Part shown: one piece after another, positions 1 to 13,234 of the stretch
Numbering within the stretch: position 1 is the first letter of the stretch
Layout: each line of letters begins with the position of its first letter
Assembly (NCBI GenBank): GCA_964016885.1
Contig: OZ024741.1
Span: 181,164,001 to 181,228,000 of the forward strand
Origin: Eledone cirrhosa
Lineage: Eukaryota
Reading direction: 5' to 3'
DNA: 64,000 nt
The notes under the pieces: model-generated
Told to the model about the DNA's origin: nothing
Databases searched by the model: none
Seen by the model: only the letters and a program-made list of their open reading frames with translations
Made by a program: the position numbers and the translations under genes

Positions 1-144
1 TTTTTTTCTTCCTTCTTTTTCTTTTTTCTCCGTCTTTCTTTCTAACTGTCCTTAACATTCTCACTACCATAACAACTTTTTAAATGGAAGTTGTAAAATT
101 TTTTAAGGTATGTCAAATTTATTTATAAAATTGTTTATATATTG

Positions 145-210
145 TATTTTGTCTGAAGAGGGCATACCATATTTTTAATATGATATCCCTGAAATATATA
201 TAATGAAATA
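145..210 (+). ncRNA. Minimal type I hammerhead ribozyme motif in a PLE terminal-repeat fragment
   Basis: TATTTTGT-CTGAAGA-GGG..CCCT-GAAA-TATATA-TA-ATGAAATA: stem I pairs (with GU), core CUGAnGA/GAAA, palindromic stem III, AUA triplet; flanks match 19392, 29469 and 30000 copies. Confidence 0.65.
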
Positions 211-250
211 AATATGGTTTTATAAATGTAGTTTCCATTTGTTTAATATC

Positions 251-356
<106 letters not shown>

Positions 357-934
357 GTACATATGTAATATATTAATAATATATATATAAAATGTATATA
401 TATATAATATATAATATATATATATATGTTAGTAAATACGAAGAAATATTTATACTATTCCACACACATATAATATATGTTATGTCGTCGACCACTGATT
501 CCAACAACCAGCGTTCTAGGCCAGCACGTGACACCTGCGTTCCCAGCCATGGCACGCGCGACCTTGGAGTAGTTACCATGGAGATCTAGCCAGACACAGT
601 CTAGTTCTTTGAATTTACAGACGATAACTTTAAGACTGGCTTTTGGTGTTTTAACCAACTCACTGGGGCTGAGCATATAATATATATATATGTGTGTGTG
701 TGTTATATGTGTGTGTATGCGCGTGTGTGTGTGTTATATGTGTGTGTATGCGCGTGTGTGTGTATTATATGTGTGTGTATTATATGTGTGTGTGTATGTG
801 TGTGTGTATGTGTGTGCGTGTGTGTGTTATATATGTGTGTGTGTGTTATATGTGTGTGTGTATGTGTGTGCGTGTGTGTGTTTTATATATGGGTGTGTGT
901 TATATGTGTGTGTGTGTGTATATATAATATATAT

Positions 935-978
<44 letters not shown>

Positions 979-1176
979 ATTATATATGTATATTATGTGT
1001 GTCTCTATATATATATACATATATATATGTTTAAATGTGTATGTGCGTGTGTATGTGTGTGTTAGCGTGTGTGAATGTGCGTATGTATGAGTGTGTGTAT
1101 GGTATGTGTGTGTTAGCGTATGTGTCTGTATGCGTGTGTGTCTGTCTGTGCGTGTGTCTGTGTGTATCTGTGTAAG

Positions 1177-1211
<35 letters not shown>

Positions 1212-1437
1212 AAGAATTCATAAGTTTCCTAAAATATGTCTGTATGCTTAATTTTTCTTAAAAATTATAAACTGGTTCTTCCTATCAGAGATAATAATCT
1301 GATTTGAGAATAATGCATCTCAAAATATGAACATGGGTGTATATATATATATGTATGTGTGTGTGTGTCTGTATTTGTGTGTGTGTTAAATATATATCGA
1401 CTAGTAGAAAACCACCCACCGGGTGGTTTTCTGCTAG

Positions 1438-1730
1438 TCTATATATCTAAAACAGAGAATGTCTGTCTGTCTGTCAGCTCACTAAAACTCGAGAACCACC
1501 CAACCGATTGTTTTCAAACTTTACGCATGTAATACTTATGGTCCTGTGAGTGTTTTGAGAAAAGAATTTCAAATTTTCGATGCCCTAGGGACCGCATTAG
1601 GCGATTTAGCTGTCTCTCTCTATAATTCTTAGTCTTTCTTTTTTTAGATAGATACATAGATATAACGTTGCGCCCTTATAATATCTGTCTGTATGTCTGG
1701 CCGTCTGCATTACGACATTATGACGCTATA

Positions 1731-1763
<33 letters not shown>

Positions 1764-2079
1764 GTATATATAGTGTGTGTATATATGTATATATAGTGTG
1801 TAACGTTTTTCGAAATATTTACTTCTGCGTTCACAGATTGATTTTTTTTAGTTTCAGAAGATCCCGTTAAGGGTGAAAGCAGTGATTCTTTGCTTAAACT
1901 TTAATCTGTTATTTTAATATATATATATAATCATATATTCGTGTACAGATATTTTTGCATACACAATAACAAAATATAAACAAACGTATTTATTTTACGA
2001 GGCTCGATAAGGATAAATATATATCAAATATATAAGAACCCTAGAGCAAATCCCGAGCAACGCCGGACCATTCTGCTAG
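1438..2079 (+). mobile_element. Non-autonomous Helitron
   Basis: 5' TCTATATATCTAAAACAGAGAATG followed by (TCTG)n; 3' CCCGAGCAACGCCGG weak hairpin then TTCTGCTAG|T; no TSD. Confidence 0.7.
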
Positions 2080-2746
2080 TTGTAATGAAAAGAAAAGCGA
2101 TGATATGATTTAATTAATATTTAATAATCTAAAATACATTAGAGTTCATTGTTCATTCTTTACTTGTCTTGGCCAGGGATATGATAACAAGGATAATATA
2201 TGTGATCACTATATGGTTGCTATGGATTTTAAAGTGCAATCTATTAACTGTATTTTCTTCTAATGCCTATCATAGTCTCGAACTATGTAGAATTAGCGAA
2301 GCTGAATGTTGAAATAAAGCCTCTACTTTCTTTGCATCGGTTCAGAATCTATACAATATTCCTAGTAATAGTTCTCAATGATTGCAAATTCTAAAATAAT
2401 TGCATAGGAGTTTTACAGCATGGTACCTCCGTTACTCGATGGTTATCATGAGTTGAAAGTGTTGAAAAAATCAAACATATTTAAATCTCTCAGAGTGCAA
2501 TTATTATGGCATCAATTTAGATTAAAATTTTGAAAGCAATTCGCTATCATGATATTGTTTGTCCATCCAGTAATTGTACAATTAGTGTGGAAGTAAATAA
2601 TTTGAAATCCTTATTAGATGAGATAACTTTTTAAAGTTAAAATGGACCAAGCTGAAATTGTTGCTAAAATATTGAAAACTGAATTTTCAAACAGAGAAGA
2701 TGAAAAAGAAGTTTTTTTAGTGAAGATGAGAAACGCAATGCTTATA

Positions 2747-3470
2747 CAGTGTGGCCCAAAAGTCACACAGGGGTCGCAACTGTTTATATTTTTTTTCTTT
2801 TCTTTTCTTTTCAGGAATTATATGAATTAGGCCTGGGAAATTAATTATGGAAAATACAGTACCAAGCAACGCACCCAAGCTGCGAAATTCTTCTATCAAA
2901 ATCAGGGGTCAATAGTTCAGACCCAGAGAGCATATCGGCGACACTATCGAGTAAGAGATGCTCCTAGTGACAGTGTGATTAAGAAATTGGTTAATCGTTT
3001 CGAAGAACAAGGCGCAGTAAGTGATCGCCTACGATCTGGGCGGCCTCGCAATGTCAGAACTGATGAGACAAGGGAACAAGTTCGAGAGAGTTTCGAGGAA
3101 AATCCAGGCATATCGACTGGAAGGCGGTCAAGACAGCTCGGGATTTCACGAACTTCGCTGCAAAGAGTTCTCAGAAGTCTTGACCTTTTTCCATACAAGA
3201 TGCAACTGGTTCAACAACTGAAGCCCCAAGGCTATCAACAGAGGCTCCAATATTCTGTCAAATCCAGGAATTGGCGAGAAATGATCGAAATTTTACCCCA
3301 AATTTAATGATGACTAATTTCTCATAAGTAATGTAGAGATGTGACAAGGATTGATAAATGCAAAATAATTTCCATTATGTCCTTTAAGTTGTATCAAAAT
3401 TTCATACATCAATCTGTACAATTCAGGAAGTTAAAAACTAAAACCCCTGTGTGACGTTTGGGCCACCCTG
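2747..3470 (+). mobile_element. Internally deleted Tc1/mariner-superfamily DNA transposon
   Basis: TIRs CAGTGTGGCCCAAAAGTCACACAGGGGT / ACCCCTGTGTGACGTTTGGGCCACCCTG; TA target duplication on both sides. Confidence 0.9.
2847..3307 (+). pseudogene. Truncated transposase N-terminus (HTH/DUF4817-like), catalytic domain deleted
   Basis: IKKLVNRFEEQGAVSDRLRSGRPR...ISTGRRSRQLGISRTSLQRVL..LFPYKMQLVQQL matches mariner-like DNA-binding region; frameshifted near start and end. Confidence 0.8.
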
Positions 3471-4020
3471 TACTTATTCTACAATCGAGGATAGGTTTAC
3501 GGTATTTTACGACACGATCAACTCGAAATTTCAAATATTTCAAGACGATTAAATCGTGCAAGTTATTTCAATAATTCACTTAGATTCATCTAGAAATATC
3601 CTGAAATAGAAATCATAAGATTGAGGTTAATGTTAATCAGTTGTATGGAATATATAATATCGATATATAAATCGATATGGAAGGTGAAATATTCCATTTA
3701 AAATCAAATATCCAACCTCAATTCCACCAATCGAATTATTCTATAAAGTTGCTGACATCCTGAAGAACCATTTCCTTATGTAATTACAGCATTTTGAATA
3801 TTTTGCTGTAAACGAGTGATTCTTACAGGCAGAAGATCCTTCAATATTTTATCTTGTATTAAGAATGTTATGAGATCAACGATATTTGAAAACAAATTAT
3901 CTAACCTGGTGATCTTAGTAGTGGAATCATCTCTTGTATAGGAACTTAGCATGCCTCACCCAATAATAATATATTTTCTCCCCAAACAACCAAAACACAC
4001 ATCTATTTGTATATGCGCTT

Positions 4021-4106
4021 CAGTGGCAGTGGAAGCATTTCTGAATTAGGAGGGCATATACATTTGTATATGCCCTCCCAATTCAGAAACGCTTCCACTG
4101 CCCCTG
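4021..4106. mobile_element. Hairpin MITE-like element (86 bp)
   Basis: Near-perfect inverted repeat CAGTGGCAGTGGAAGC...GCTTCCACTGCCCCTG; CTT on both flanks (possible 3-bp TSD). Confidence 0.65.
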
Positions 4107-4484
4107 CTTAAATATGATTCTGAAATTGAAGTTGTGAGGTGAGAAAAGTTTCCCTGTAATTGATATTATAAATATGACATTTTTGATTTAATAAAATCAA
4201 TTTGTTGTTTTATTTCAATTTGATGATAGTTCAATAAAGGTGCAAAACCGATTTTCCGGTACTCTTGGTTCTAGATCTATGCCGGATTATCCGTTTTACC
4301 GGACTAGGTAATAATTCTCGGGAAACATTCTCCATACGCCTAAACTACGATAACATGTTTAAAATTAAATCTAATGCTACACACTAACCTTCTAATTAGA
4401 ATTAACTAGTGTGGGGAATCGCGGGATATTCAAGTGTCCATCCATCCATAATTACAAACAGATTAAAAGAGGTGGTTCCACCCC

Positions 4485-4651
4485 CAGACCTGTCAACTCT
4501 CCCCGTCCATCGGGGAGATCTCCCATTCACTTTGGGGTGGATGAGAGATGTCTTCTCTTGTGAAAATGGGTATAGCTTTCATTAGGTAAAGTCTCTCCAT
4601 TTTGCTTCATCATGGTACTCCCCGTTTGGGTTTTAGAGCTTAGCAGGTCTG
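4485..4651. mobile_element. MITE with CAGACCTG termini
   Basis: CAGACCTGTCAACTCT ... AGAGCTTAGCAGGTCTG imperfect TIRs. Confidence 0.55.
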
Positions 4652-4838
4652 CCCCCCATACTCCCCCTCCTTCTTATTTTTTCTTCTCCTTACTGAGATA
4701 GATTTGAACCAAATTAAAATTATTTTCCATTTGCTATCGAAAAGGTAAAGCTTAACCGTAGGGCAGAAAGCTCTTATAATATTTACACTCTATTTTTTCT
4801 TAAGTGCTAAGTTGAATAATATTTTTACTGTAACAGGT

Positions 4839-4899
<61 letters not shown>

Positions 4900-5303
4900 A
4901 CACACACACGCGCGCACACACACACACATACACACACACACACGTGCACGCACACGCACACACGCACACATACACACACATACACACACACATACACACA
5001 CACACACGCGCGCTCCCCCCCCCACACACCATATATGGATAGATAGATAGATAGATAGATAGATATACATATCCATAAACAGCTTAGTTACAATGTGATG
5101 AAGAAACCGGATATTATATTATCATCCACTAAACAATGAGTATTATACTGATATCTGTGATATATTATTTCTAGATGCATATTTAACATTTCACAGTATA
5201 TGTTAAGTTAGTGAAATCAAGCAAGTTGTTAAGCAAGTTAAGTTCGTTAAGTAAGCTGTTAAACACACACACACACACACGCACACATACACACATACAC
5301 ACA

Positions 5304-5927
5304 TAGATACATACATACATACATGGTGGCTGCCAACTCGTTTTCGAGTACGACCACTACTTTATATCCATGTAGGAGAACCCCTACCGATGCGCTGAAT
5401 GAGTGTGACTTTTTAGTCCAGCCAACGACTTGAAAACTCTGGTACAAACACTACACTTGTGACATTTATTGACACATAGTGCTGGGCCCATGGTACCATG
5501 TGACGACAAGGGCAGAGAGATCTCCAGATATAAAGCAATGCCTGTGCCGTGAAGCTTTTATAGTGAGCAAAGGCAGTGCACAAAGCCAGTCCCACTCTCT
5601 TAACCAAGATGATATTTACCAAAAAGAAGAACAAGTCAACATCATTGGATACCATCAGAGTTGCAGGTGTTATATCAGAGTTTTCCTTCTAGAATTCTGC
5701 CTTGACAAAGGCTAAGGGGTCATCTCTCCCGGTGATTTTGGATGGCCATTGACTCTTAAGAGCTCTTTTGCCCTTTGACAGGTTTTCTTTTTAGTCCTGC
5801 AGGATGTCCAAAGTCACCCTCCTCACCAAGAAACCTTGGTGGGGTTGCCAGTTTAGTCGCCAACGACCCGACCATGGGACAGGTTGTACTGGGATACATG
5901 TTACCAGTAGCACCAACTGGTGACCTG
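5304..5927 (-). mobile_element. Deleted RTE-like LINE derivative with (ATGT)n tail
   Basis: Minus strand ends in C2H2-like C.RVFKSL.GLKSH..SAH then short UTR and (ATGT)n; same 3' end at 46512-46640. Confidence 0.5.
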
Positions 5928-6208
5928 ACATACATACATACATACATACATACATACATACATACATACATACATACATACATACATACATACATACATG
6001 CATACATACACACACACACACGTACAGACATACATACATGCATACATACATACATACATACATACACACACATATAGACATACACACACACACACACATA
6101 CATACATACATACATGCATACATACACACATACACACATACACACATACATACATACATGCACACACACATACATACATACATACATACATACATACATA
6201 CACATACA

Positions 6209-6240
<32 letters not shown>

Positions 6241-6601
6241 CACACATACATACATATGCTTACATAATTGTTTGGCGGACGGAAAATGTATTGCGTATAT
6301 ATATCTATATCTGTGAAAAGTATACGAAAAACACAACAGACGATGATGTTCAATGAAGATATATATTAGTTTCACGCTTAATAAAGTAAGAATAGTCTTA
6401 ACGTTTCGGACGCTAGTCCTTCACCAGAATATAGAATAGAAATTAAAGAAGAGATAGAAAGATATAGGAGAGTGAGCTGGTTCTGTGCATATTACCATCT
6501 CTTGAAAAATTGTTGATTGGAACGTTTTATTATAGGAAGGTCAGTTGGCCATCGTTTGTATTTAGAGTGGATATGTATATAAGTGAGTATGTGTCTGTTT
6601 T

Positions 6602-6675
<74 letters not shown>

Positions 6676-6811
6676 CATGTGTGTGTGTGTGTGTGTGTGT
6701 TCATGTGCGTGTGCGTGTGCGTGTGTGTTCATGTGTGTGTGTGCTCATGTGTGTATGTTCATGTGTGTGTGTTCATGTGTGTGTGTGTGTGTTCATGTGT
6801 GTATGTGTGTT

Positions 6812-6845
<34 letters not shown>

Positions 6846-7089
6846 CAAGTGTGTGTGTGTGTGTGTGCGTGTTCATGTGTGTGTGTATGTGCGCGCGCGT
6901 GTGTGTGTTTCTGCGTGTTTGCTGTTGGTCTGTACCAAGATATGAAGGTATGTGTTTTTGACCGTAACAGAGCCGTGGTAAACATAAGCGGTGAATGTGC
7001 GCGTGCATGACAGCGGACGAGGTAAGGTTGGTAGTGGAGTTTCCATTCTCCATCCAAATCTACAGTATCAGAGCCACGGAACTTTGTTG

Positions 7090-9140
7090 AGGATAGTCGG
7101 AGTTTCCTCAACACAGTTCCGTGGCTCTGATACTGTAGATTTGGATGGAGGATTGAAACTCCACTATTTAGGTGTGGCGCCAGAAAAGACTGCACAGGCG
7201 GGAGTGGGGATACTCACAAGCCCCTAGGTGTCAGAATGTGCTATGGACTGAATCCCATTAGGAGGGAAGATTTGCCTTTTGAAGCTTTGACTGAAAGATA
7301 GGTCTCTGTGGGTGGTGCAAGTTTATGCTCCAAACAAGGAGTCCGAATACAGATCCTTCCTTGATGATGTCACTGCAGCATTAGATGTAGTTAAGACTGA
7401 GTCATATATCCTGATGGGAGACTTCAGTGCACATGTTGGCACTGACCACCTGACATGGATGTGATTGGAAGGAATGGCGATCCCGATCTACATACGAATA
7501 GAGAGGCCGTATTAGACTTCTGTTCTAATAACTGTTTCTACTTTAGGCACAAGGCCAGCAATTACCCAGTGCATTACTGGTACTTTATTTTATCGACCCC
7601 GTAAGGATGAAAGGCAAAGTCAACCTCGGCGGGATTTGAACTCAGATCGTAAAGGGACGTAACTATGCTGGAAAGCATGGCGTCCGACCCTCTACCGATA
7701 CTACCAATCCACCTGTTCTAATAATGGACTCTATTATGAACACCTTCTTCCGGAACAGAGACATCCATAAATATACATGGTATAAGGGGAATCAGGGACA
7801 GAGATCAATAATTGATTTTGTTATTGTCTCTGATCTCTTTGATCCCGTACTGGATGTTTGTGTTAAGAGAGGGGTTGAGCTGTCAACTGATCACCATCTA
7901 ATTAGCTGCAACTTAAGACTACCTAAAGCCAAAGAAGCCCACAAAATTGGCCGGTCCAGGGCGACCTACAAAATAAAGTTGCTGGATAAGGAAATCAAGA
8001 CTAGGTATGCAGATACTATTGCATCCAAATTTAGAGAACTCTCTGAGCAATCTGAGGACGTTGAAACAGAGTGGAGATTGTTCAGCTTTTGAATGTTGTA
8101 GGCGAAAGAGGCTTGGTGTGGTGCCGGATGGCAGGAAGACCTCTTGATGTAACTAAGAAGTCAAAGATGCCATTCGAGCAAAGAAGGAGGCCTACAAAGC
8201 TTGACTTTGAAATAAGTCCTCCTTCCACTTGCAGTACACGCAGGCACGAAGAATTGCAGCAGAGACAGTAAAGGCATCCAAAGTTAAGACACGGAATCCG
8301 ACTTCAGATCAGTAAATAAAGTGTTCTGGCAGACCATCCACCGACTTCGAAATAAGAAGTCCTCCTTCACGCCTGCTATCAGGAACGCGCCTGCGGTTCC
8401 CACGCTTGAGAGAGGTGTATCCTCGCGAGGTAAAGAGAATACTTTGCTGATCTCCTAAACTCGATCGCAACAGCATGTTCTGGTGTACACGAGGTGCATC
8501 TGGGAGCGGTGACTAATCTATCAGAAGCTGAGATCACCAGAGCAGTTAAAGAGCTCATATGAAGCAAGGCCACTAGGGATGATGGAATCCGTACAGAGAT
8601 ATTAAAAGCCTTAAATAGAGAAGGTATTCTCTGGCTGACTCATGTGTGTCGGGTGGCCTGGATGTCTGGAAAGGCACCTAATCAATGGCAATCGGGTGTG
8701 ATAATCCCAGTTTCCAAAAAGGGAGACTAGAGAGATTTTTCAATTATAGAAGGATCTTCTTGTTAAGCCTCTTCGTTAAAGTCTATGCTAAGAGATGCAG
8801 GGAGATTGTCGAGTCCAAGCTAGCTGATGAACAGTGAGGTTTTCGTCCAGATCAAATATTCACACTGCAACAGGTCTTCGAGAAATCGGAGGAGTATTGC
8901 CAAGAGGTATATTCTTATTTTGTAGACATCGAAAAGGCATATGACCACGTTCCTTGGGCCCTGTTGTGGAAGTTTGTGCAGGAGTATGGGATCGATGGTC
9001 AGCTTCTTGCTGTCCTGATGTCTCTATACGAATGCCTGAGTATCTGTATTCGGATAAATTATGCTAAATCGAAACCGTTCAATGTGGGAGTCGGACTCTG
9101 GCAAGGGTGCGTATTGTCAACTCTCCTGTTCATTATTTTC
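7090..9140 (+). pseudogene. RTE-clade LINE ORF2 remnant (AP endonuclease + reverse transcriptase)
   Basis: AQAGVGILTSP, VQVYAP, ILMGDFSAHVG, SIIDFVIVSD, STDHHL, FVDIEKAYD, GVGLWQGCVLSTLLF motifs across frameshifts and stops. Confidence 0.9.
7532..7712 (-). mobile_element. tRNA-derived SINE inserted in the RTE LINE
   Basis: Minus-strand A box TGGTAGTATCGGTAG and B box GAGTTCAAATCCC; 12-bp TSD CTGTTCTAATAA at 7520-7531 and 7713-7724. Confidence 0.9.
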
Positions 9141-9158
9141 ATACACACTTACATACAT

Positions 9159-9336
<178 letters not shown>

Positions 9337-10580
9337 TCGCATATATATTAGTCGTCGACTTTCTTATTGTAGTCATTAGCCAGTATCAGACATTAGCTTC
9401 TCTGCCATAGGCCCTTAAATTCGAAATAGTGACCGAGTGCACATGCAGACCGTTGGGAGTGAATATTAAACGCCTACTGTTTTGTAGCTTTGGTCTGCTA
9501 AGACTAGGAGAAGAAGACTTCTGATGTAGAATCTCGGTTAATGCCTCTATCAGTTACCTTGATGTTTTCGCGTCACTGACCTATGTTAGCTGATACTTAG
9601 AGAGTGGTATTCGTATTATGTGGTTGCTTGCCACTATAATCTCGACAAAGTACAGCTACTTTAAAACACCGAAGTACATTATGCCTCTTGTAACCATCAC
9701 TACTTAGCATCATAATACCCTACCATGCTAAAAACCGACAGCACCCCCAAATTCAATATATGTGAGTCGCGGATAAAAAGCTATATCATTTACCTATTGT
9801 TTCTTCACAAGTATATTTTAAATTTATAGCCTCGTTTAAATGATTTTTGTGTGGTTGATTTATGCTGATTGGGAGAATAAATACTGTATATATTTTATCT
9901 AATGATTCTATGGACTTACTTTTTATATATTGCTCTGATTGTTAATTATTTAATTAATTCGTCATTGAGCCACACCGTGAATGGTTGCCAAAAACATATA
10001 TATATATCTATAGCTCTGTCTAGTTTATATGTATATAAACTTTTAAATTTTATATATTCCCGTAAGGTTGAGTGAAACTTTAGGCAGTATTCGGCTGCGC
10101 TTTCTACACAGGCACCAATCACAAACTTTCTGACTTGACCACTGGCCACGTGACAATTATTAGCCATTTTGAATTCGTTTCTGGCGGGGATCATTTAAGA
10201 AAAATCTTTGTCCAATTGAGTTTATCTACTGATGATTTCCAAACTCGTTGATTTATCCAAGATAGGATATATCCAAAAAGTGAATGAAACCTCCGGGGGT
10301 AGATTTTGATGATTTTGGTATGTTTATGTACATTTTTTCTTCTAACTTTGATTTTGTACCTAATTATGTATGGTTAACTATATATCTAGCCGATTTTTAC
10401 AGGCTATCAGAAATACTAGGTAAATTTTCTGTGGCTGTGAATCTATCATTTATTTATATATTATTTATTCATAAGTATATTTTAAACTTATAGCCCCGTT
10501 TAAATGATTTTTTGTGTGGTTGATTATGCTGATTGGGAGAAGAAATACTGTATATATATTTTATCTAATGATTCTATGGA

Positions 10581-10649
<69 letters not shown>

Positions 10650-10975
10650 GGAAAAAAAGAAATGAAATTTCATTTCCCACTCTTAGTACGGCTGTTACTT
10701 AAATATAAGTATGTACACGTACATACATATATGTATACAGACGTACAGTAGTATGTATATATATATACACACATGCACACATATATATATGTACGTATGG
10801 ATTCACCATGGATTCAACATTTATTATAATGCTCGGTGTGTTTGTAAACAAACATCCCGTATTAAGCCGTAGTGTCTAGCAACCATCGTTGCTCGTTTGT
10901 TCAACACAGACAAAAGAACGCTGTACTAGTTTCAAGCTTATTAGCTATCGTCAGCAACGTATACCTTCCTGCCAG
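10650..10975 (+). repeat. Dispersed repeat family, second copy at 55860-56102 with inverted piece 56108-56243
   Basis: Long high-identity match, e.g. TACAGACGTACAGTAGTATG and TACTAGTTTCAAGCTTATTAGCTATCGTCAGC. Confidence 0.8.
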
Positions 10976-11182
10976 ATTGTTGAACGTATATACTTACCTT
11001 ATGCATATTAACGGCTGAGTAGCCCAATTTGCATATCGAGTGGGTTAATCGGCCTTCAACCTCAGCCGGTGGCCCTCGAGGGCCACCGGCTGAGGTTGAA
11101 GGAGCAGAATAGCGGTCGCCCTCGGGTCCTCGATTTTCAGCCCCATGGATTTTATCTATTACATTCACGTATTATATTTCGA

Positions 11183-11240
11183 ATACCTGATGATATCACC
11201 GGATTCATACGGAACCCGGTCATTGAAATGATCATAGTAT
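11183..11240 (+). ncRNA. Minimal type I hammerhead ribozyme motif
   Basis: ATAC-CTGATGA-(ACCGG..CCGGT stem II)-GAA-ATGATCAT-A-GTAT; palindromic stem III, AUA triplet. Confidence 0.7.
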
Positions 11241-11431
11241 AATAAAGCTTTCAAGGATTTACACAAATCCAGCCTCCTGTCATTTCATTATAATATTTAA
11301 CTCCGTAATAGCACCACCAATTACAAAAACAAAGGCGGTTGAACTGCTTTACGTTGAGTACTCTCTATATTATTACATTACGATTGACCATACGGAATAG
11401 ACCAGCTCTATACAGTGGTGAACCTCAAACC

Positions 11432-11512
<81 letters not shown>

Positions 11513-11734
11513 TATATAAGCAAGTATTGCATCAGGAAAAATATAAACACATCGGCAAGAAATGAGATCAGGAATTTATTTGCTTTAACATATGTTTCTG
11601 TGTCTATTATAATTGTCTACATATGTTGATTACAATATATATTGTTCAATCATATGCAATACTTAATTATTTATCGCACTTCATCAGAAAGCTGATACGC
11701 AGTTTTCTTGTTTAAGTATTCATTCAAGTATTCA

Positions 11735-12663
11735 TTCCTGTACCTTGAGATAAAAAGGACAGATCCTGAACACTATAGATCTTTCTTGCAATCAGACTTG
11801 GACACAATGCAGCAATGGATCACGGACTGGCAACTCAAGTTGGCTGTGGACAAGTGTACCATCATGCATTTTGGGAAGAAAAACCCAGCGTCCACATACT
11901 CCCTCCACATCACTAATATCAAGAAGTCTGCTTGTGAACGTGACCTGGCAATTTGCGTTGGACGAAGCACGTATTTAAAATTGTCAAGAAGGCCGAAGGT
12001 GTCTTAGCATCACTCAGCAAGACCTTTGTCAGCCGCTCTCCAGCTATCTATTTAAAGCTGTATATAGCTATGGTGCGGCCACACTTAGAATTTGCACCAC
12101 CAATCTGGAACCCCTATCTTGCTCAGAACATTGACCTCCTGGAAACTGTTCAGAGACGTGCAACCAAGCGAATATCCTCCATCAAGCATCTATACCATAC
12201 TCTGAACCCCTTTGCTTCCTGGGCATGGATACATTGAAGCTCCGACGTCTGGCAACTGACTTGGTAAACACCCACAAAATTATTAACCATCTTGCCAACA
12301 ACAACCCTGAGCACCTTTTTGAATTCCATGTGTCTAACACACGTGGGCATGCCCACAAAGTCAGAAAACAGCACAGCTCCCATGACTTTCGGATACATTT
12401 TTTCACGCTCAGAGTTGCTGAAGCATGTAACAAACTACCTGCATCAGTTGTTAGCTGTCGAGACACTGCATCCTTTAAAACCTCCATGCTTCCTGAAATT
12501 GGCCAACACTACACCTGATATCCCCCCTCCATACACACGCACACATGTATTTCATGACTCATACACTGTTCATTTTCCTGACATTTGAACATTATTCTAT
12601 GTACTATACATGCACCTTTGATGAGTTGTAGTGTATCTGAGCACTGTACACAATAATTTCATT
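11735..12663 (+). pseudogene. CR1-type LINE 3' fragment (RT C-terminus and 3' UTR)
   Basis: LQSDLDTMQQW..KCTIMHFG, LYIAMVRPHLEFAPPIWNP..LETVQRRATK, TRGHAHKV..FFTLRV..NKLPASVV with frameshifts. Confidence 0.88.
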
Positions 12664-12769
12664 ATATATTATATATATACAGAAAACAGAAACGTTATCT
12701 ACCTTCACATATAATATTTAAAGCTGTATATAGCTATGGTGCGGCCACACTTAGAATTTGCATCACCAT

Positions 12770-12990
12770 ATAAACACACTAATAAACTAATAAACTAAGA
12801 TAACCAAAACACAGTCACCCAAACCCGAACACACACACCAAACACTATACACACACGCAAAAGCATGCGCAGAGAAGAAGACAAACATAAATAAATAAAC
12901 AGATAAAATAAAAATGGCGTAGACATACATTACAACAGGAGGAAACATAATAGTACCACTGATGATGTTGTAGATGTGCAACGAAAGAAC
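12770..12990 (+). mobile_element. Fragment of PLE 3' UTR (same family as 49698-51470 and 52506-53231)
   Basis: Shared GCATGCGCA..GAAGACAAA, AAAATGGCGTAGACATAC, CCACTGAnGATGTTG..GTGCAACGAAAG. Confidence 0.7.
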
Positions 12991-13234
12991 TTTGCTAGAT
13001 TATATATATGTATTTATATCTGTATTCTTGACCATTTGTCAGTCAATGATAAACAGAATATTTTAATTATTAATAAGTATTTTTTAAGTGAATATGATTT
13101 GAAAAATACGAGTTGTTTAAACAGACAATATTTTCATTATTTAGAAATATTTCTAAATGATGATTTAAAAAAAAATATTTGTTGAGGTAATAGGAATTTT
13201 TTCTAAGGTGAATACGATTTTCGATTCTTAAATA

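Noticed and set aside
6395-6432. Hammerhead-like motifs at 6395 (minus), 33578, 38035, 47935 (minus) and 28895
   Set aside because: Core substitutions or missing stem I/II pairing; probably decayed copies, not callable
7660-7712. tRNA genes
   Set aside because: A/B boxes belong to SINE heads; no complete cloverleaf
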